This document shows, piece by piece, positions 60,943-64,000 of a DNA stretch of 64,000 nt. Location of the stretch: assembly GCA_950097015.1 (NCBI GenBank), contig CATNEN010000031.1:1674001-1738000 (forward strand), written 5' to 3'. The first letter of the stretch is position 1. Every line of letters begins with the position of its first letter. The notes beneath the pieces were generated by a model. It did not search any database. It was given only the letters and a program-made list of their open reading frames with translations, and was not told the DNA's origin. A program made the position numbers and the translations under genes. The stretch comes from Macrostomum hystrix (Eukaryota; Animalia; Platyhelminthes).

Positions 60943-62257
60943 ATGAAGGATTTCGAGAACCAGATGCTTGAGTCACACAATCAGTTACGCGCCCTCCACG
61001 GGTCGCCACCGTTGCGCCCTAACGCCAAGCTTTCTAAGCTGGCACTAAATTGGGCCAAGGTCCTGGCCGAAAAGGAAAAACTTGAGCACGATCCGAAATG
61101 GGAATCGTTGAAATTAGGCGAAAATGTGGCCATGAAATATCAGACAGGATTCACTGATTTTCCCGGTAAATATGTTGGTCGAATATTTTACAGTAAATAT
61201 CATGGTGTGCTAAGTGGAGACTTATAATATATACATAAAGAAACAATTAATTATACCATCATTTGCAACCGAGGCTGGGGAGACTTTAAATGGTCTATTT
61301 TTAGAATTCAGTTTAGAACGTTGAGGGCCAATCATTTAGAGCTTAGGAGCAGGAGAATTAGTTATTTATAGAACAGTGGGCTTGAGAGGCGAACAACCAA
61401 TCATAAAAAGCGGAGGGGTCGAAAAGTTTGGCGGTCTTTTTCTGTTTAACACTTGCATGAAAAATTTTATACCCTATCATCATCAGGAGACGTATTCTCA
61501 AAGATGTGGTATGATGAGATCAAACAGTACAAGTGGACCGGCAAGGATCAATTGGAGTGCGGTGAATATGACGCACAAACTGATTCATTTTCTTTATTTT
61601 GTACTACTATAGATAGTGATTGTCGCTACGGTATTTATTGATTTCGACGCAGGCCACTTCACCCAGCTCGTTTGGCGCTCCTCGACCGAGGTCGGCTTCG
61701 GCCGAGCCGTGTCTAAATCTGGCCGAGTCTACGTTGTCGGGCGCTACCAGCCTCCTGGCAACTACAGCGGAGAATTCGGCAAGAATGTACTGCCGACGTC
61801 GAATGGTGAGGCTGTTGTGAGACTAGTAAACAAAATTAAACAATCAATCAATATTAATCCGAATCAAGAAAACTAATTTAAAGTGTCCCTGCATCCTTAG
61901 ATGCAGAAGAGATACCCCCGTGGTCTTCTGTTAAGGATAGTTGAAAACCGGTTAGGCTAGTGACGAGTTCAACCCACCCGCATATCTACCTCAGCTAGCT
62001 CTAATGCTTGTTCACCCCCATCCAGGGTTGAGATTCGAACTTCGGACCTCTCAGTCAGACATCAAAATTCCCCATAAGCGCAATTTTTTAGAAGAAACCT
62101 GTACCAATTCATCCTAAAAATGGTTCCTTTTTTGAAAGCAGTGCCAAACTCCAACAGCAACCTGGCGAACTCGGGCAGCCCAGGGGCAAATGAAAAAAAG
62201 CCCAGCTCAACCGAGGAAGCGAACTCGAACCCGGAGCCTGAGCACCCTGGTCTGTGA
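60943..62257 (+). CDS. GLIPR2: CAP/SCP-domain protein, GAPR-1/GLIPR2-like; coding exons 60943-61165, 61487-61561, 61653-61805, 62142-62257
   Basis: HNQLRALHGSPPL, LEH, GENVA, WYDEIKQY, GHFTQLVW, VVGRYQPPGN motifs; all three junctions are phase 1 GT-AG. The last, low-complexity exon is less certain (NAGNAG acceptor 62139/62142). AATAAA at 62436. Confidence 0.9.
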
Positions 62258-62684
62258 TGCGCGCGTGTTGCTGACCGGCCCCGGGACTGAAGACTGGCCA
62301 ATCAGAGAGGCGCATCTTTGAGTAGCGGCAAAGCCCAAGCAAGCGCAGCAGCAGGAGAAACAGACTCGCCCCAAGATGTCCGAAGTGAATTCTCACAATT
62401 AAAGTTTTTTCTCTTCCGGCTTTGTGTTGCGCAGAAATAAAATTATTTGGCTATGAAAAAAATTTGAATTAGCATTTTATTGGCAAATCTCGTGGCGGAG
62501 ATGATCGAAAATTCTAGCAAGCATTTTATCAACGGCACAAATTTGACGGCGCGTTAACTTGCCGTCTTGCTTTTAGTGATTGGACTCTAAGACTTTGTTA
62601 CGAGTGAGTATAATTACTGTAACTATCTTAGTTTGAGCACATAATTTTACCTACTTCATGAGCAGTACCTAGTATCAAAACAGG

Positions 62685-63265
62685 AATCGCAGCTAGATCA
62701 TTGCAGGAATCGTAGCTAGAATCATAGCAAGAATCGTAGCTAGAATCATAGCAAGAATCGTAGCTAGAATCATAGCAAGAATCGTAGCTAGAATCGTAGC
62801 TAGAATCAGAACAGGAATCGCAGCTAGAATATAGCAGGAATCGTGGCTAGAATCAGAACAGGAATCGCAGCTAGATCATTGCAGAAATCGTAGCTAAAAT
62901 CATAGCAGGAATCGCAGCTAGAATCATATCAAGAATCGTAGCTAGAATCGTAGCTAGAATCAGAACAGGAATCGCAGCTAGACCATTGCAGGAATCGTAG
63001 CTAGAATCGTAGCAGAAGTCGTAGCTAGAATCGTAGCTAGAATCGTAGCTAGAATCATAGCAAGAATCGTAGCTAGAATCGTAGCTAGAATCGTAGAAGG
63101 AATCGTAGAAGGAATCGTAGCTAGAATCGTAGCAGTAATCGTAACTAGAATCTTTGCAGAAATCGTAGCTTAGAATCGTAGCAGGAATCGTAGCTAGAAT
63201 CGTAGAAGAAATCGTAGCTAGAATTATAGCAGGAATCTAGAATCGAAGCAGGAACCGACACTGGA
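62685..63265. repeat. Degenerate minisatellite, 12-bp unit AATCGTAGCTAG, between convergent 3' ends
   Basis: Direct reading. Confidence 0.93.
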
Positions 63266-63721
63266 ATCGTAGCAAGAGCAGTATCGAGAATATTAGTGCA
63301 TCAGAGTTGCCTATTGTCTGTAGAAACGCCCCCACCGGGTGTTTCTCAATTCTGTCCATCAATAGTTAAAAGTAAGCAATGCACCGAGCAGTGCTCGAGT
63401 TCTGCATTATTTGCTGGCAAAAAATTACCAATTGGAGACCTTGAATGGAGTGCAGTGGGCGGGCAGAAGTGAATGAGCGGGGGTCTCACCTATAGTCTAC
63501 TAGCCTCTCTATTCTATAGTTATTTCGAGTCTCAGCATTGGAAAGGCAGTGTTGAAATGAGTTGAGTTGGACGCTGGGCGCACCCAAACCCACCCAACTA
63601 TTTTTTTCTAAATATCGCATCTGTAATCTTTTTGTGTGCAAGCAAAACTTTCATTGTTCGCCGCTCTGCCCTTCCCTATCGAAGCTATAGCGCTATAGAA
63701 TTTTATTTGGGAGAATTCTGA

Positions 63722-64000
63722 TCAACAGAGAATTATCCCTACACTACAGATGGCCATCCGGCAGCTGAGCGTCTCGGCTGTGATCTTCCTGTTCGTCGGA
63801 CTGCACTGGTCGACGCTGTTTGTTGAAGCCTCGCTGGAGGCCGAAGTCTGCACGGCCAGCGCCGACTCGCCGTTCTCGTTGAGCGGACCCAGCTCGGCTG
63901 CCTCGGTGCGGCTTCCGGTGCTGGCCGCGCTGCGACGTCCGGGCACCGACGGCTTTGGCTGCTCCCGGCTGGCGGATGGTGAGGCCGCGAGTGCAATTTC
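63722..64000 (-). CDS. Terminal coding exon of an unidentified gene entering from the right edge (..EIALAASPSASREQPKP..RMAICSVGIILC*)
   Basis: GC-rich open frame with strong GC3 bias, TGA at 63724-63722, minus-strand AATAAA at 63707-63702; Ser/Ala-rich, no domain recognised. Confidence 0.7.
   Translation of the reverse strand, partial: EIALAASPSASREQPKPSVPGRRSAASTGSRTEAAELGPLNENGESALAVQTSASSEASTNSVDQCSPTNRKITAETLSCRMAICSVGIILC

Noticed and set aside
63685-63698. 14-bp palindrome CTATAGCGCTATAG, and ATTGGCGCCAAT at 19835
   Set aside because: Isolated palindromes; a few of this size are expected and no supporting context is seen.

Overview
Repeat-rich animal genomic DNA with GT-AG introns, GC-rich exons and AT-rich introns. 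The overall style suggests an invertebrate such as a Macrostomum-like flatworm, but the taxon cannot be proven from sequence. Most of the window (8816-58227, minus strand) is a giant Fat1/2/3-type (Fat-like/kugelei) cadherin gene. I reconstructed 16 coding exons with compatible splice phases (9784 nt, about 3261 codons); the 3' end must lie beyond the left edge. A 4-exon GAPR-1/GLIPR2-like CAP gene lies head-to-head with it on the plus strand (60943-62257). The last exon of an unidentified minus-strand gene enters at the right edge. The introns hold about 19 unrelated minisatellite arrays, many abutting splice sites and sharing a GGGAT/AATC core. They also hold a hAT MITE family carrying an internal minisatellite, two tRNA-headed SINE families (one with a MIR-like CORE domain, one strongly hairpinned) and a 1248-bp tandem duplication with a templated junction. 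In the 13.7-kb intron 11, two independent inverted-repeat pairs share one symmetry axis to within about 4 bp. No prokaryotic systems, CRISPR arrays or intact transposase/RT genes are seen. All long ORFs outside the exons are tandem-repeat artefacts.
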